From an uncultured Candidatus Actinomarina sp. (GTDB lineage: Bacteria > Actinomycetota > Acidimicrobiia > Actinomarinales > Actinomarinaceae): a DNA stretch of 64,000 bases. Shown here piece after piece: positions 18,102 to 28,320 of this stretch (positions are counted from its first letter, which is position 1; each line of letters opens with the position of its first letter). The stretch lies in the NCBI GenBank assembly GCA_902534495.1, contig CACAQC010000002.1:14517-78516 (forward strand), given 5' to 3'. The translations under genes were made by a program, and so were the position numbers. The notes beneath the pieces are model-generated. The model had not been told where the DNA came from and made no database searches. It saw nothing but the letters and a program-made list of their open reading frames with translations.

Positions 18102-19351
18102 TAGTTTATTTTAGATATCTTTTTTACTATTAATGAATCGATTCTTCTGTTATCTACTGCAGACACGGTAAGTTCTAATCCATGAACTGTAATCTTCTCA
18201 TTAACAGTTGGAAGCTTTTCAGAATAACTTAAATACAAGCCTCCCACGGTAGCAACATCTGATTCTTGTGATTCCAAACCAAAAAATTCTTCAAAATCAT
18301 CTATATCTGTTCTACCCTCAACAACCCATTGCCCGGGCCCCAATCTTTTAATGCCCTTAAATCTTTCGTCATGTTCGTCAGGCAGATCACCAACAAACTC
18401 TGATAGTACATCTTTAATAGTAATTACTCCTTCAATGCCACCATTTTCATCAATTACACAGGCAAAACTTGCTTGATTCTCTCTTAATATATTCAATGCT
18501 GAAAGAACAGTTGTGTATTCTGGAAGATAGATTGCATCTTTTACTAAATTTTCTACTTCGACTGAAGTTGCTTTACTATTTAAATTAAATAAATCTTTTA
18601 CGTAAACAATTCCAAAAGTGTCATCTAATGATTCTGATCTAGAAATAGGCATCCTAGAAATTCGCTTTTCATCAACAATCTTTTTCACATCTTCCATGTC
18701 AACAGGAATTGAAAGAAACAATACATCAACTCTTGGTGTCATAATTTCTTTTATGGGTCTGTCTGAAAAATCAAGAAGAGAATCAATAATTTCTCTCTCT
18801 GCTGGTAAAATCTGACCTTCAATCTCCCCGAGTGCGGTCAAGGCTTGTATATCCGCCTCTGTAACTTCTGCATCATCTTCTTCGGGAGCCTTAACAAACT
18901 TCATGATCAGATTAGTTATACCTTCTGTAAACGGAGCAAATATTTTTGATAGAACTTCAACTAAAAAAGTTGTTCTCGACAAAAATGATATCGGCAGCTT
19001 AGTCGCCAGAGTTTTTGGAGTAATATCTCCAAAAATTAAAACTATAACCGTAGTAAAAACTGTTGCAATCGCACTACCTGCGCTTTCACCAAAACGCCTA
19101 ACAAAAATAAGTGTTGCCACTGATGCCATCAATATATTTACAAAGTTATTACCAACTAATATTCCACCAATAGTTTTTTCAATATTTTCTTTAGCTCTTT
19201 TGATTCTTCTGTTCTTTTTGTTTTCATCCAACTGGTGTATTTTCTGGATTGGAATAGAAGTTATTGCTGTTTCAGAGCCTGATAGCATGCCCGACAGGAT
19301 TAGGCAAAGAAAAAATACTATGTATAAAACGATGTCAAAGTTAATACTCAA
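18101..19351 (-). CDS. HlyC/CorC (CNNM-CBS-CorC) family protein
   Basis: LSGSETA, LVGNNFVN, FGDITPK, IMTPR, CBS pair, CorC domain. Confidence 0.9.
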   Translation of the reverse strand: MSINFDIVLYIVFFLCLILSGMLSGSETAITSIPIQKIHQLDENKKNRRIKRAKENIEKTIGGILVGNNFVNILMASVATLIFVRRFGESAGSAIATVFTTVIVLIFGDITPKTLATKLPISFLSRTTFLVEVLSKIFAPFTEGITNLIMKFVKAPEEDDAEVTEADIQALTALGEIEGQILPAEREIIDSLLDFSDRPIKEIMTPRVDVLFLSIPVDMEDVKKIVDEKRISRMPISRSESLDDTFGIVYVKDLFNLNSKATSVEVENLVKDAIYLPEYTTVLSALNILRENQASFACVIDENGGIEGVITIKDVLSEFVGDLPDEHDERFKGIKRLGPGQWVVEGRTDIDDFEEFFGLESQESDVATVGGLYLSYSEKLPTVNEKITVHGLELTVSAVDNRRIDSLIVKKISKIN

Positions 19352-19382
19352 TTTGTATCATTGATTCTAGATAATTTTTGTT

Positions 19383-19706
19383 TTAAGTAAATACTTTTTT
19401 TAAATTTGTTTTATCAAGCGGTTTTAAAAGATGTCCATCAGCTCCAACTCTTTTAGCCTGAAAAACATCTGCTTCTCTGTCAATTAATAGAATTTTTTTT
19501 GAATTTGCAAATTTATTGTCACGACTAATTTCTCTGATGATTGAAGGACCACCATTGTTATTTACTTGCATATCAACAAAAATATAATCGTATGACAACT
19601 TGATATCATCACTTCCAACAAGATGAGTAAAATTGTAATCAAAATCAAGATATTTTAGTAAAGAATCCTTTACCCATTCGTTATCTGTTATCAAGCAAAT
19701 TTTCAC
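19383..19706 (-). CDS. Single-domain response regulator receiver
   Basis: IFVDMQV (phospho-Asp), GADGHLLKP. Confidence 0.75.
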   Translation of the reverse strand: MKICLITDNEWVKDSLLKYLDFDYNFTHLVGSDDIKLSYDYIFVDMQVNNNGGPSIIREISRDNKFANSKKILLIDREADVFQAKRVGADGHLLKPLDKTNLKKVFT

Positions 19707-19747
19707 AGTTTTAAAAGACTACTATTGTATATATTTAAGTATATAAA

Positions 19748-20884
19748 ATGTTAAAACTATTACCCATATTATTTTTTGCAGCTGTAAATATTTCACAAAT
19801 TAGCATATTTGAAATAGATGGCATATTTTCAAATGGCCATATCAATGCTATTCAAAGATATGTAGATGAGAATGATTTAAGAGAATCAAACTTATTTGTT
19901 ATTCAATACAACGCCTCTGACACAAGTGAAAATAGTGTCACTGAATTACAAGAATTGCTTAAATACATCAAAACACCAAAAGCCATTTGGGTCGGGCCAA
20001 ACGAGACAATAGTTGACGCAGGACTTTTAAAGTCATTTGATTACGTTGGTATATCACCCGGTACAACAATTATCAATAAACTTTCTAATAATGAGTTTGA
20101 ATTTTTAGACCAAGAAGGAATCTATGAAGGTTACATGGTTGTAGGCTCAATAGGGGCGTTTATTGAAAATTTAGGAAGTGAAAATATAATATCAAATTTA
20201 ACTTCATTAGAAGGAATAACACCTGGCATTGTAAGTTTTGATATTAACTCCGATGATATTAATGAAATTAAATTTGTAAAACCGTCTTTATATGAAAGAT
20301 TTTATATTTCAATATCAAATCCCTTCTTTACATATCTGTTTTTTGCACTAGGTTTTGCACTTTTAGGTTTAGAGCTTTTTGCAATTGGACCGGGATTGAT
20401 GGCATTTATTGGAGCATTATTAATTGGTTTTTCCTCTATGACTTTTACTGAGTTTGGTCTAAATTATTATGGTTTAATTCTATTTCTGATTTCTTTTGTG
20501 ATTTTTATAAAAATATTAGCACGGGGATATTTTGGTCTCTTAGGAATTGCCGCTTTTTCTATCTTACACATTTCATCAATTGTGATGTTTATGAATTACC
20601 AGCTGGAAATAAATAATTTCTTGATGATATTTTGTTCAGCTATTATTTCTTTCTTTTATTTCGTTGCAATACCCACGGTGATTAGATCAAGACTTACTAC
20701 AGATACAAGTGCAATGTCATCATTTGAGGGTTCAACAGTAAAAATTTTAAAAATGCTGGGCGATAGTAAAGCTCTTGTCCAGTTTGAAAGAAATAATTTT
20801 GTTGTAGAAATACAAAATAACCAAACTTTTCAACTTAATCAAGAAGTAGAAGTTACTGAAATAGACGGAAAACTGTCAATCTAA
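19748..20884 (+). CDS. NfeD-like membrane protein (degenerate)
   Basis: Signal peptide, ISNPFFTYLFFALG...LGLELF..GPG TM block, C-terminal OB-like domain. Confidence 0.65.
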   Translation: MLKLLPILFFAAVNISQISIFEIDGIFSNGHINAIQRYVDENDLRESNLFVIQYNASDTSENSVTELQELLKYIKTPKAIWVGPNETIVDAGLLKSFDYVGISPGTTIINKLSNNEFEFLDQEGIYEGYMVVGSIGAFIENLGSENIISNLTSLEGITPGIVSFDINSDDINEIKFVKPSLYERFYISISNPFFTYLFFALGFALLGLELFAIGPGLMAFIGALLIGFSSMTFTEFGLNYYGLILFLISFVIFIKILARGYFGLLGIAAFSILHISSIVMFMNYQLEINNFLMIFCSAIISFFYFVAIPTVIRSRLTTDTSAMSSFEGSTVKILKMLGDSKALVQFERNNFVVEIQNNQTFQLNQEVEVTEIDGKLSI

Positions 20885-20943
20885 ACAATTACTTCGCGAA
20901 AAAAATCTTTTTACACGTCAATATCTTTAATTACTGTTTAGAT

Positions 20944-21204
20944 ATGCTTCAAATAAAAGTTTCTACATGGCAATATGATGCACTTTGCAGACAACACAGT
21001 AGTAATCTGTTTTTTCCACCGGCAACATTTGAAAAAAAAGAAGATAGAGAAAAAAGGGAAGCTAAGGCCAAAGCAGTCTGTAGTGGTTGTCCAGTAAAGA
21101 TTGAGTGCTTAGAAGAAGCTAATGAAATTTCAGAACCATTTGGTGTATGGGGCGGCTTAAATGAGGTTGAAAGAAAACGAGAAAATATTTACGCATCAAA
21201 TTAG
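20944..21204 (+). CDS. WhiB-family (Wbl) Fe-S transcriptional regulator
   Basis: Four Cys (C..CxxC.....C) plus GVWGGL turn. Confidence 0.92.
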   Translation: MLQIKVSTWQYDALCRQHSSNLFFPPATFEKKEDREKREAKAKAVCSGCPVKIECLEEANEISEPFGVWGGLNEVERKRENIYASN

Positions 21205-22869
21205 TTTTTTTCTCTTTCCAGAACTATCAATTTTTGAAGTATAAAGATATTTATCTAAAAACTCCAAATAGGGTATTGCAAATTTTCTAGATAAGTTAGA
21301 TTCTTCTTTAAATTCGGATACATCAAATACATCAGGTAACTTTTTTAGAATATCAACAAGTTTTGAAATATGCTCTTTTCCGATAATTATATTTTTATCA
21401 ACCCTATATAGATACTCGCTCATAAACAGTTTTTTTACAGACTCTCTATCGAACTTGTTTACATCAACATAATTGACTGATAATTCACTGGATATTTGAT
21501 CAATAATATTTTGATAAACCTCTAAGTCAACTTCAGTATTTTTATCAATAATCAATTGATTGTTAATAACATTTAATCCATCGATTTTATTTATTAATTC
21601 ATCTAAGTAATTGTGTTCTATGAAAAATTCATTATAAAAATAATTTTTCACACCCACCGAATTTATAGTTTCTATATTTTCATTAATTTTTTTGATAATT
21701 GACTCTAGACGATCTTTGGACAGGTATTTGTTGGCTATATTTATATAATCTCTCGAATTTTCGATTAGATTTTCTGGCAAAAGAGTAAATGTTTTTTCTA
21801 GATTAATAGATTCAGTTTTTCGAAGTTCTTTTAAAAATTTTTTTACTAGGTTATTATTGTTTGAAGCAAATGCAATCTTTCCACCCATAAATTCATTAGA
21901 TACCAAATTTTGAATTAATATTTTTTGGTTTTCTAATATTGGCAGATTATTTGGTAGCTCCATAAATATTAAAATTTTTTCTGAATTATTTGCAACCTCT
22001 AACTTTTTAACAATTTGATTTTTTGTACCAATGAATAATCTATTGCTTCCTTTTTTCTTAAATTTAGAAGCCTGTTTATCTGTAGTTGCAAAAATGTATT
22101 TACCTGAGAAAACAATTTCATTGGTTAACAAATCACCTCTACCAATTTCGTCTTGAATGTTCTTTTTAAGAGAAATAGCGATTCTTGAAGTAGTGGTGGT
22201 ATTTTTAACTATGTTTTCAGTATTTCGTATTTCCTTTACTTCCAATAATTTGTTTGTTCTTGCAAGATAAATCTTATTTAAGTCAAAAGCCATAGAAGCA
22301 GTACCAGTTATAACTTTGCCGATCCCATCTTTGGTAAAGCTACGGTCAATCCATAATGAATTTGGATTTTCTGATGTATCGGACTTGAAGAAATCTACTA
22401 TTTTCTTTTGAAACATTTTAAGATCACTTGTTTTATAGCTAAATTCTTCAATTGTATAATTTATTAATTTATTAGAATTTAATTTTTCTTCAAGAAGTCT
22501 TCTATCGATTGAAGTATCTAATAAATCTGTTTTTGTAAAAACAAAAAAAATATTATTAATTTTCAGATTACTAATTGCTTGAAAATGCTCCTCTGATTGG
22601 TTAGACCATCCTTGAACAGAATCAATGCAGAAAATGATACCATCAACATTTGCAAATCCAGCAACAGTATTTTTAAAGTAGTCAACATGTCCCGGAACAT
22701 CAACAATAGAAATTATTTTATTTTTAAATTCAAAATAGGTATATCCAAGATTAATAGTTAATCCGCGAGTTTTTTCTTCTTTTAGCCTGTCTGTTTCTTG
22801 ACCTGTTATGAAATTTACAAAAGTTGACTTTCCATGATCTACATGGCCAGCAGTTGCCAATACGGTCAT
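21196..22869 (-). CDS. selB: Selenocysteine-specific elongation factor
   Basis: TAGHVDHGKST, EEKTRGLTINLGY, DVPGH, IDRSF, C-terminal winged helix LSRKFAIPYLEFLD; coupled to selA. Confidence 0.9.
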   Translation of the reverse strand: MTVLATAGHVDHGKSTFVNFITGQETDRLKEEKTRGLTINLGYTYFEFKNKIISIVDVPGHVDYFKNTVAGFANVDGIIFCIDSVQGWSNQSEEHFQAISNLKINNIFFVFTKTDLLDTSIDRRLLEEKLNSNKLINYTIEEFSYKTSDLKMFQKKIVDFFKSDTSENPNSLWIDRSFTKDGIGKVITGTASMAFDLNKIYLARTNKLLEVKEIRNTENIVKNTTTTSRIAISLKKNIQDEIGRGDLLTNEIVFSGKYIFATTDKQASKFKKKGSNRLFIGTKNQIVKKLEVANNSEKILIFMELPNNLPILENQKILIQNLVSNEFMGGKIAFASNNNNLVKKFLKELRKTESINLEKTFTLLPENLIENSRDYINIANKYLSKDRLESIIKKINENIETINSVGVKNYFYNEFFIEHNYLDELINKIDGLNVINNQLIIDKNTEVDLEVYQNIIDQISSELSVNYVDVNKFDRESVKKLFMSEYLYRVDKNIIIGKEHISKLVDILKKLPDVFDVSEFKEESNLSRKFAIPYLEFLDKYLYTSKIDSSGKRKKLI

Positions 22870-24161
22870 GTATTATTTAATGCTTGTACAATTGCAGCAT
22901 CTTGATCGTTGAATACGCTTCTCAAATCAAGACAAACTCTATCTTTAATAATCCTCGGAACTATTGGTGTATCATTTTTAATTAACTGATTAATGATATT
23001 CCCTGTTTTTTCGTTTTTTATAAGTAAGATAGGAGATTCTAAAATTACACTTGGTAGTGTACCTCCACCAATTACACTTTTACCTTTTTCTATAGTTGTA
23101 GAAAAAGAAATAGATTTTGCAATATTTTTACATCTTTTTTCTAAAGAGGAATAGGGAACAGTAATTAGATTCCAGAACGGTATCTCTTTTTCTTTTTTAT
23201 TTACATATTTAACTGCAGTTTCTTGAAGTTCAAACAAGATAATCGGCGAGCAACGATAGGTTCTAAACAAACTGTAGTTTTTAATTTCTTTTACCAACTG
23301 CTCATTTCCTGCAATCATTCCAGATTGAACTGACCCAAATAACTTATCTCCTGAAAACATCACTAAATCTGAACCATCAGAAAGTGAATCTTGTACAAAT
23401 GGTTCATCTCTAAAGATATTCACATTGTTAATTTCTAAAAACTTCTTATCAATTACCAAACCGCTGCCTAGGTCATGTAAAAGAAAGACATCATATTTAT
23501 TTTTTAACTCAGCAAGTTCTGAAATTGAAACATCCTCTGTAAAACCACTAATTGAAAAATTAGACCTATGAACTTTTAGTATTAGAGAATTTGGATATTT
23601 TTCTAATGCTTTTTTATAGTCACTCAATCGAGTCTTGTTTGTTGTACCTATCTCTACAAGATTTAAACCAGTTTCATTTATTATCTCGGGAAGCCTGTAA
23701 GAACCACCAATTTCTATAATTTCACCTCTAGAAATAATCACACTTTCAATGTTGTGTAATTTCGATATAGCTTTTAGAGAAACAAAAAGAGAGGAAGCAT
23801 TGTTATTAACAAATATAATATCTTCAGACCCTATCAAATTGTTCATAAGTACAGATAAATATTCATTTCTTTTTCCTCTGGATAATGTTGTTAGATCATA
23901 TTCAATATTTGTATATGTGCTGGGGTAACTTATTTTGTTTGGTGAACGACCTAAGTTTGTATGAAGCAAAGTACCAGTCGCATTGATAACTTCTTTCTGT
24001 GTTTTTAAACTCAAATCATTTATAAGTTCGGCGAATATATTTTTAGCAGTTTCAGAATCTTTTTCTTTAGTAAGAATATTTTTTGCAATATGAGATTTTA
24101 CGTCTCTAGGTAAATTAGAATTTACGGATTCAGTTAATTCATTAACAGAAACAGGGTTCAT
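22866..24161 (-). CDS. selA: L-seryl-tRNA(Sec) selenium transferase
   Basis: VINATGTLLHTNLGRS, VNNNA, SRGEIIEIGGSYRLP, GTTNKT, FSGDKLFG (PLP Lys). Confidence 0.93.
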   Translation of the reverse strand: MNPVSVNELTESVNSNLPRDVKSHIAKNILTKEKDSETAKNIFAELINDLSLKTQKEVINATGTLLHTNLGRSPNKISYPSTYTNIEYDLTTLSRGKRNEYLSVLMNNLIGSEDIIFVNNNASSLFVSLKAISKLHNIESVIISRGEIIEIGGSYRLPEIINETGLNLVEIGTTNKTRLSDYKKALEKYPNSLILKVHRSNFSISGFTEDVSISELAELKNKYDVFLLHDLGSGLVIDKKFLEINNVNIFRDEPFVQDSLSDGSDLVMFSGDKLFGSVQSGMIAGNEQLVKEIKNYSLFRTYRCSPIILFELQETAVKYVNKKEKEIPFWNLITVPYSSLEKRCKNIAKSISFSTTIEKGKSVIGGGTLPSVILESPILLIKNEKTGNIINQLIKNDTPIVPRIIKDRVCLDLRSVFNDQDAAIVQALNNT

Positions 24162-25288
24162 TGATTTGATAATTCCTCAAATACTTTTGCAAGCCTACCA
24201 GTACATGTTTCATCAATAATTGGAGGAAGTTTGATTGCAATATTATTAATTAATTTTTCTATTTCTACTTTTGTTACAGAGTTATTTTCTTGATTAATTA
24301 ATGGAGTACCACTGTCGGCTATATCATTTGTATTTTCTCCAATAGGTATTTTTCCTAAAAGAGGTATCCCAAATTTATCCGATAAAGCTTCACCTCCACC
24401 CTCACCAAAAATATTAAATTTTTCACCTGTGTTTGATTCAAAATATGACATATTTTCAATTACTCCTAATAGAGGAATGAAACTTCTTTTTGCCATATCA
24501 GCGACTCTTGTAGCAACCTTTTGTGCCATTAGCTGTGGAGTTGTAATGACAATTAGCTCTGCTTGTGGAAGTAGTCTACTTAGCGCCATTTGTATATCTC
24601 CTGTTCCAGGTGGCAAATCAATTATCATGTAATCTAAATCTCCCCACTGAACATCAGTTAAGAATTGTTCAAGGGCTTTGCTCAACATCAAACCTCTCCA
24701 CATTAGAGCAGTATCTTCATTGCTAGTTATAAGACCAGTAGAGATTACTTTTAAATTTCCAACTTCGTAAGGAATCATTTTTTTGTCACTATTTGCTTCA
24801 ATTCTTCCAGAGATTCCTAGAAGTCTTGGTATTGAAAACCCCCAAATATCAGCATCTAATAATCCAGTTTTAAATCCTTTTTTTGCTAAACCCAAAGCAA
24901 TGTTTGCAGACAAAGTTGATTTCCCAACTCCTCCTTTCCCACTTCCAATAGCAATCACTCTTGTTCGGGGGTCTACATTTGTAGGTTGAGCATTTTCTCT
25001 TGCTTTTTCTCTTGCCTTTTCCATTACAGCAGTTCGATCTTTCTGGTCCATTGCAGTGATTGTAATTACCACGTTCTCAACATTTTCTAAAAGTTTTAAT
25101 TTTCTATTAATCTCTGTTTCTATTTGATTTCTCATCGGGCAGTCCGCAATTGTGAGGGCTAATTTAATCGTTACTGTTTTGTCGACATGCTGAATGTCTT
25201 TTATCATACCCAATTCAACAATATTGGCTCCCAATTCAGGATCAAATACTGTTGAAAGATGTTTTAATAGAATTTCATTTTGGGTCAT
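24158..25288 (-). CDS. mrp: Mrp/ApbC Fe-S carrier ATPase with N-terminal DUF59 domain
   Basis: DPELGANIVELG...CP, GKGGVGKST, DADIWG, DLPPGTGD, ENMS. Confidence 0.92.
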   Translation of the reverse strand: MTQNEILLKHLSTVFDPELGANIVELGMIKDIQHVDKTVTIKLALTIADCPMRNQIETEINRKLKLLENVENVVITITAMDQKDRTAVMEKAREKARENAQPTNVDPRTRVIAIGSGKGGVGKSTLSANIALGLAKKGFKTGLLDADIWGFSIPRLLGISGRIEANSDKKMIPYEVGNLKVISTGLITSNEDTALMWRGLMLSKALEQFLTDVQWGDLDYMIIDLPPGTGDIQMALSRLLPQAELIVITTPQLMAQKVATRVADMAKRSFIPLLGVIENMSYFESNTGEKFNIFGEGGGEALSDKFGIPLLGKIPIGENTNDIADSGTPLINQENNSVTKVEIEKLINNIAIKLPPIIDETCTGRLAKVFEELSNQ

Positions 25289-25350
25289 ATCAGTATTCTA
25301 AGTAGTTTTTAAAAAGATGTAATTACAAATTTATTGAATAACTGGATATT

Positions 25351-25359
25351 TGCTATAAT
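25351..25359 (+). promoter_or_regulatory. Extended -10 promoter of leaderless iscA
   Basis: TGCTATAAT 8 nt upstream of ATG 25368; no SD. Confidence 0.6.
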
Positions 25360-25367
25360 GTTAAATT

Positions 25368-25715
25368 ATGGATATACAAATAAAATCTTCACGAGCAATA
25401 CTTGCTACTGATAGTGCTGTGAAAAAGTTAAAAGAGCTGAAATCAGAAGAATCATCAGCAGACAGTTTTCTAAGAATGGGTGTCAAACCAGGAGGTTGCT
25501 CAGGCTTTTCATATGAAATGTTTTTTGATACGGACAAATTCGATGGTGATGTAATTGAAGAATATGATGGTGTTAACATAGTTGTAGACGGTCAAAGTTT
25601 AGAGCATGTTAAAGGTGCAACCTTAGACTATAAAGAGGGTTTAATGGAATCAGGATTCTCCATTGACAATCCAAATGTTTCTCGAACTTGTGGCTGCGGC
25701 AACAGTTTTAGTTAA
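25368..25715 (+). CDS. A-type Fe-S carrier (IscA/ErpA/HesB family)
   Basis: GGCSGFSY, NPN...CGCGNSF. Confidence 0.92.
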   Translation: MDIQIKSSRAILATDSAVKKLKELKSEESSADSFLRMGVKPGGCSGFSYEMFFDTDKFDGDVIEEYDGVNIVVDGQSLEHVKGATLDYKEGLMESGFSIDNPNVSRTCGCGNSFS

Positions 25716-26337
25716 ACTTATATCCAACCGAATGAACAGTCTTAATCCAATCTTTTCTCTGGTCTCCTAATTTTGCCCGAAGTCTTCTAACGTGCACATC
25801 GACTGTTCTTGCGCCACCGAAATAGTCGTAACCCCACACCTTTTCAAGAAGCTGCTCTCTTGACCAGACATTATCTTGATTTTCAACAAAAAACTTAAGC
25901 AACTCATATTCCATAAAAGTTAAATCCAGCAAGGTAGATCCAGCTTTCGCATCATAAGTCTTGAGGTTAATTAAGAGATCTTTAAATTCAAGGATTTCTG
26001 ATTGACTATCTCCCACTAAAGCATGAATCCGTGCACCAACTTCCTCAATTTTGCTACTGCTAGACATTAGCTCTATTAGAGGATTTTGAATTAAATCTAC
26101 TGATTGTTCAAAGTCATTGTCATCAGCAATAATCAAGGTTGGGAAGGACTTGTTTGTGGACTCAAAGTCTGATAAATTTTTTTTTGTTTCCCCATATTTA
26201 GATAGAGAAGTAACCACCAAATTAATTTGGCTTGAATTAGTTACATTTTTTAGTACGAGTTTATTTAACCCAAGATCTACAAAGGCTTTGTCAAAGCTTT
26301 TATGGCTTTTATCAATGTTTATATAGCTATCTATCAT
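25708..26337 (-). CDS. glnR: GlnR-like OmpR-family nitrogen regulator
   Basis: LDLTFMEYELLKF, VWGYDYFGGARTVDVHVRRLRAKLG; degenerate receiver; divergent from glutamine synthetase. Confidence 0.75.
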   Translation of the reverse strand: MIDSYINIDKSHKSFDKAFVDLGLNKLVLKNVTNSSQINLVVTSLSKYGETKKNLSDFESTNKSFPTLIIADDNDFEQSVDLIQNPLIELMSSSSKIEEVGARIHALVGDSQSEILEFKDLLINLKTYDAKAGSTLLDLTFMEYELLKFFVENQDNVWSREQLLEKVWGYDYFGGARTVDVHVRRLRAKLGDQRKDWIKTVHSVGYKFN

Positions 26338-26341
26338 TTTG

Positions 26342-26368
26342 GAAACAATTATTTAATATTTCTGTAAC
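26342..26368 (+). promoter_or_regulatory. Putative GlnR box
   Basis: GAAAC-n6-TTAAT-n6-GTAAC at 11-bp period between glnR and glnII. Confidence 0.5.
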
Positions 26369-26401
26369 AACATTTCTTTGAATACATATTACATTATTTT
26401 C

Positions 26402-27430
26402 ATGAAGATAAAAGCAGAATATATATGGATTGACGGTCTAACTCCAACCGCAAAATTAAGGAGTAAAACAAAAATAATAGAACAAGGAACAGAGCCACCG
26501 ATTTGGGGCTTTGATGGTTCAAGTACACAACAAGCAACAGGAGATCAGTCTGATTGCGTATTAAAACCAGTTGCTCAGTTTCCAGACCCAGTAAGAGGCG
26601 GAGACAACATATTAGTAATGTGTGAGGTTATGAATGTAGATATGACTCCTCATGCATCAAACACAAGAGCAGCACTAGTTGAATCAGCTTCAAATTTTAG
26701 CGAGTTTGAACCATGGTTTGGCATGGAACAGGAATATACATTTTATGAGCAATCTTATGATTCTCTCAAGTATGGTCAACCTCTTGGTTTTCCACCTTCA
26801 GGCTACCCCGCTCCTCAAGGGGGCTACTATTGTGGGGTTGGTGCAGACGAGGTATATGGACGTGAAATCTCAGAAGCACACGCTACCGCTTGTATTGAAG
26901 CAGGTTTAGGAATTTCCGGAACAAATGCAGAAGTTATGCCAGGTCAGTGGGAATTTCAGATCGGCCCAGTTGGAGCACCAGATATTGGTGACCACATATG
27001 GGTTGCGAGATGGCTTCTCTATAGAATTGCTGAAGACTGGAATATTTCTGCAACTTTAAATCCAAAACCTGTAAAAGGAGATTGGAACGGTGCGGGTATG
27101 CATACAAACTTCTCAACAAAACAAATGAGAGAAGATGGAGGCTACGAAGCAATTGTTGCAGGGTGTGAAGCTCTAGGTAAAAATGCAGACCTACATGTTA
27201 AAAATTATGGTGCAGATATTGAAGACAGACTAACTGGAGACCATGAAACTCAAAGTTTCGATACTTTTTCTTATGGGGTTAGTGACAGAGGTGCTTCGAT
27301 AAGAATTCCATGGCAAGTAGAGGTAGATAAAAAAGGTTATCTTGAAGACAGAAGACCTAATGCAAACGGCGATCCTTATGTGATTGCTATGTTGATGATT
27401 GATACTGTATGTTCAGCAGCTTCTAGCTAG
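26402..27430 (+). CDS. glnII: Glutamine synthetase type II
   Basis: AEYIWIDG, WGFDGSST, GMEQEY, NAEVMPGQWEFQIGP, DWNGAGMH, RLTGDHET, YLEDRRP; start moved to ATG 26402. Confidence 0.93.
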   Translation: MKIKAEYIWIDGLTPTAKLRSKTKIIEQGTEPPIWGFDGSSTQQATGDQSDCVLKPVAQFPDPVRGGDNILVMCEVMNVDMTPHASNTRAALVESASNFSEFEPWFGMEQEYTFYEQSYDSLKYGQPLGFPPSGYPAPQGGYYCGVGADEVYGREISEAHATACIEAGLGISGTNAEVMPGQWEFQIGPVGAPDIGDHIWVARWLLYRIAEDWNISATLNPKPVKGDWNGAGMHTNFSTKQMREDGGYEAIVAGCEALGKNADLHVKNYGADIEDRLTGDHETQSFDTFSYGVSDRGASIRIPWQVEVDKKGYLEDRRPNANGDPYVIAMLMIDTVCSAASS

Positions 27431-28031
27431 AAGCTGAGGCAACAATTTCAGAAATTTTGTCTGTTAGCTGATCGAGATTAGAATTAAACGATTCTAAAGC
27501 TGCTGATCGTCTTTCACCAGTGTCAGAAGATTCTAAACCGGCTTTAAGCTCTACGGTATCTTCATATACTAAGTTAACTAAAGTTTTAATTTCCTCGTGG
27601 CTAGTTACCAAATTTGCAAATTCGCTTGGTGGCCCTGGATTTGATAATATATCCACAAACTCGGCCCATTTACTTATAAAATCGTCGAACTCTTGCTTTG
27701 CTTCTTGGTATGTTACCGTTTTGTTATCCCAATTATCATTTGCCTGAAGCACCTCTTGAGCTAAGTTAATAGCAACTATTCTCTCACCATTTATTTCTTC
27801 TAAATAGGAAATAAAACTTTCAGGAAGTGTTGTAGTTGTAGTTGTAGTTGTATCTTCTTGCACTTCTTCTTCTATTTGTTGTTCCTGAACTACTTCAGTT
27901 TCAGTTTGCAGTTCTAGATCATTATTTTCAGCAACCCTGTTGATAAATGTATAAGTTGTAGCAATCATACCAATTAAAACTAATGGAAGAATAAGTCTTC
28001 CAGGTTTTGGATCTGAATTAAAATTATCCAT
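27423..28031 (-). CDS. Membrane-anchored hypothetical protein with Thr-rich linker
   Basis: Single TM, DTTTTTTTTLP linker, helical ectodomain. Confidence 0.7.
   Translation of the reverse strand: MDNFNSDPKPGRLILPLVLIGMIATTYTFINRVAENNDLELQTETEVVQEQQIEEEVQEDTTTTTTTTLPESFISYLEEINGERIVAINLAQEVLQANDNWDNKTVTYQEAKQEFDDFISKWAEFVDILSNPGPPSEFANLVTSHEEIKTLVNLVYEDTVELKAGLESSDTGERRSAALESFNSNLDQLTDKISEIVASASS
27829..27852. repeat. (GTTGTA)4 tandem repeat encoding poly-Thr
   Basis: Four exact hexamer copies. Confidence 0.85.
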
Positions 28032-28049
28032 GTATCTATACTATCAATT

Positions 28050-28277
28050 TTAAGAATCTAAATCTTGTATTATATTTTCCCACAAAAAATTATCTTTTTT
28101 CGTTACAGTTAGAAATCCTGGACCACTGAATATATTTTCGACACCAGGATGAAAAAATAAATCATGTAAATTGCTATTTTCAACAAGTTTTTTGTCTAAG
28201 TAAATTGCTATTTCGAAACTGTGTTCAAGCATTATTTTTTTTGCATTTGGATTTGGAGTATCAATAAATTCAAACAT
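28050..28277 (-). CDS. NifU N-terminal (Nfu_N) domain protein
   Basis: TPNPNAKK...GVENIF...FLTVTK...W. Confidence 0.8.
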   Translation of the reverse strand: MFEFIDTPNPNAKKIMLEHSFEIAIYLDKKLVENSNLHDLFFHPGVENIFSGPGFLTVTKKDNFLWENIIQDLDS

Positions 28278-28320
28278 TACAAAATATTTTAATAGAAAAA
28301 TAAGTTTATAATATGCGTGT

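Noticed and set aside
1756..25715. Selenoprotein versions of MsrA or HesB/IscA near selAB
   Set aside because: Their catalytic positions are Cys codons; no in-frame TGA seen
27829..27852. Phase-variable repeat or CRISPR
   Set aside because: In-frame hexamer encoding a Thr linker; no spacers, and no cas genes or arrays seen in the window
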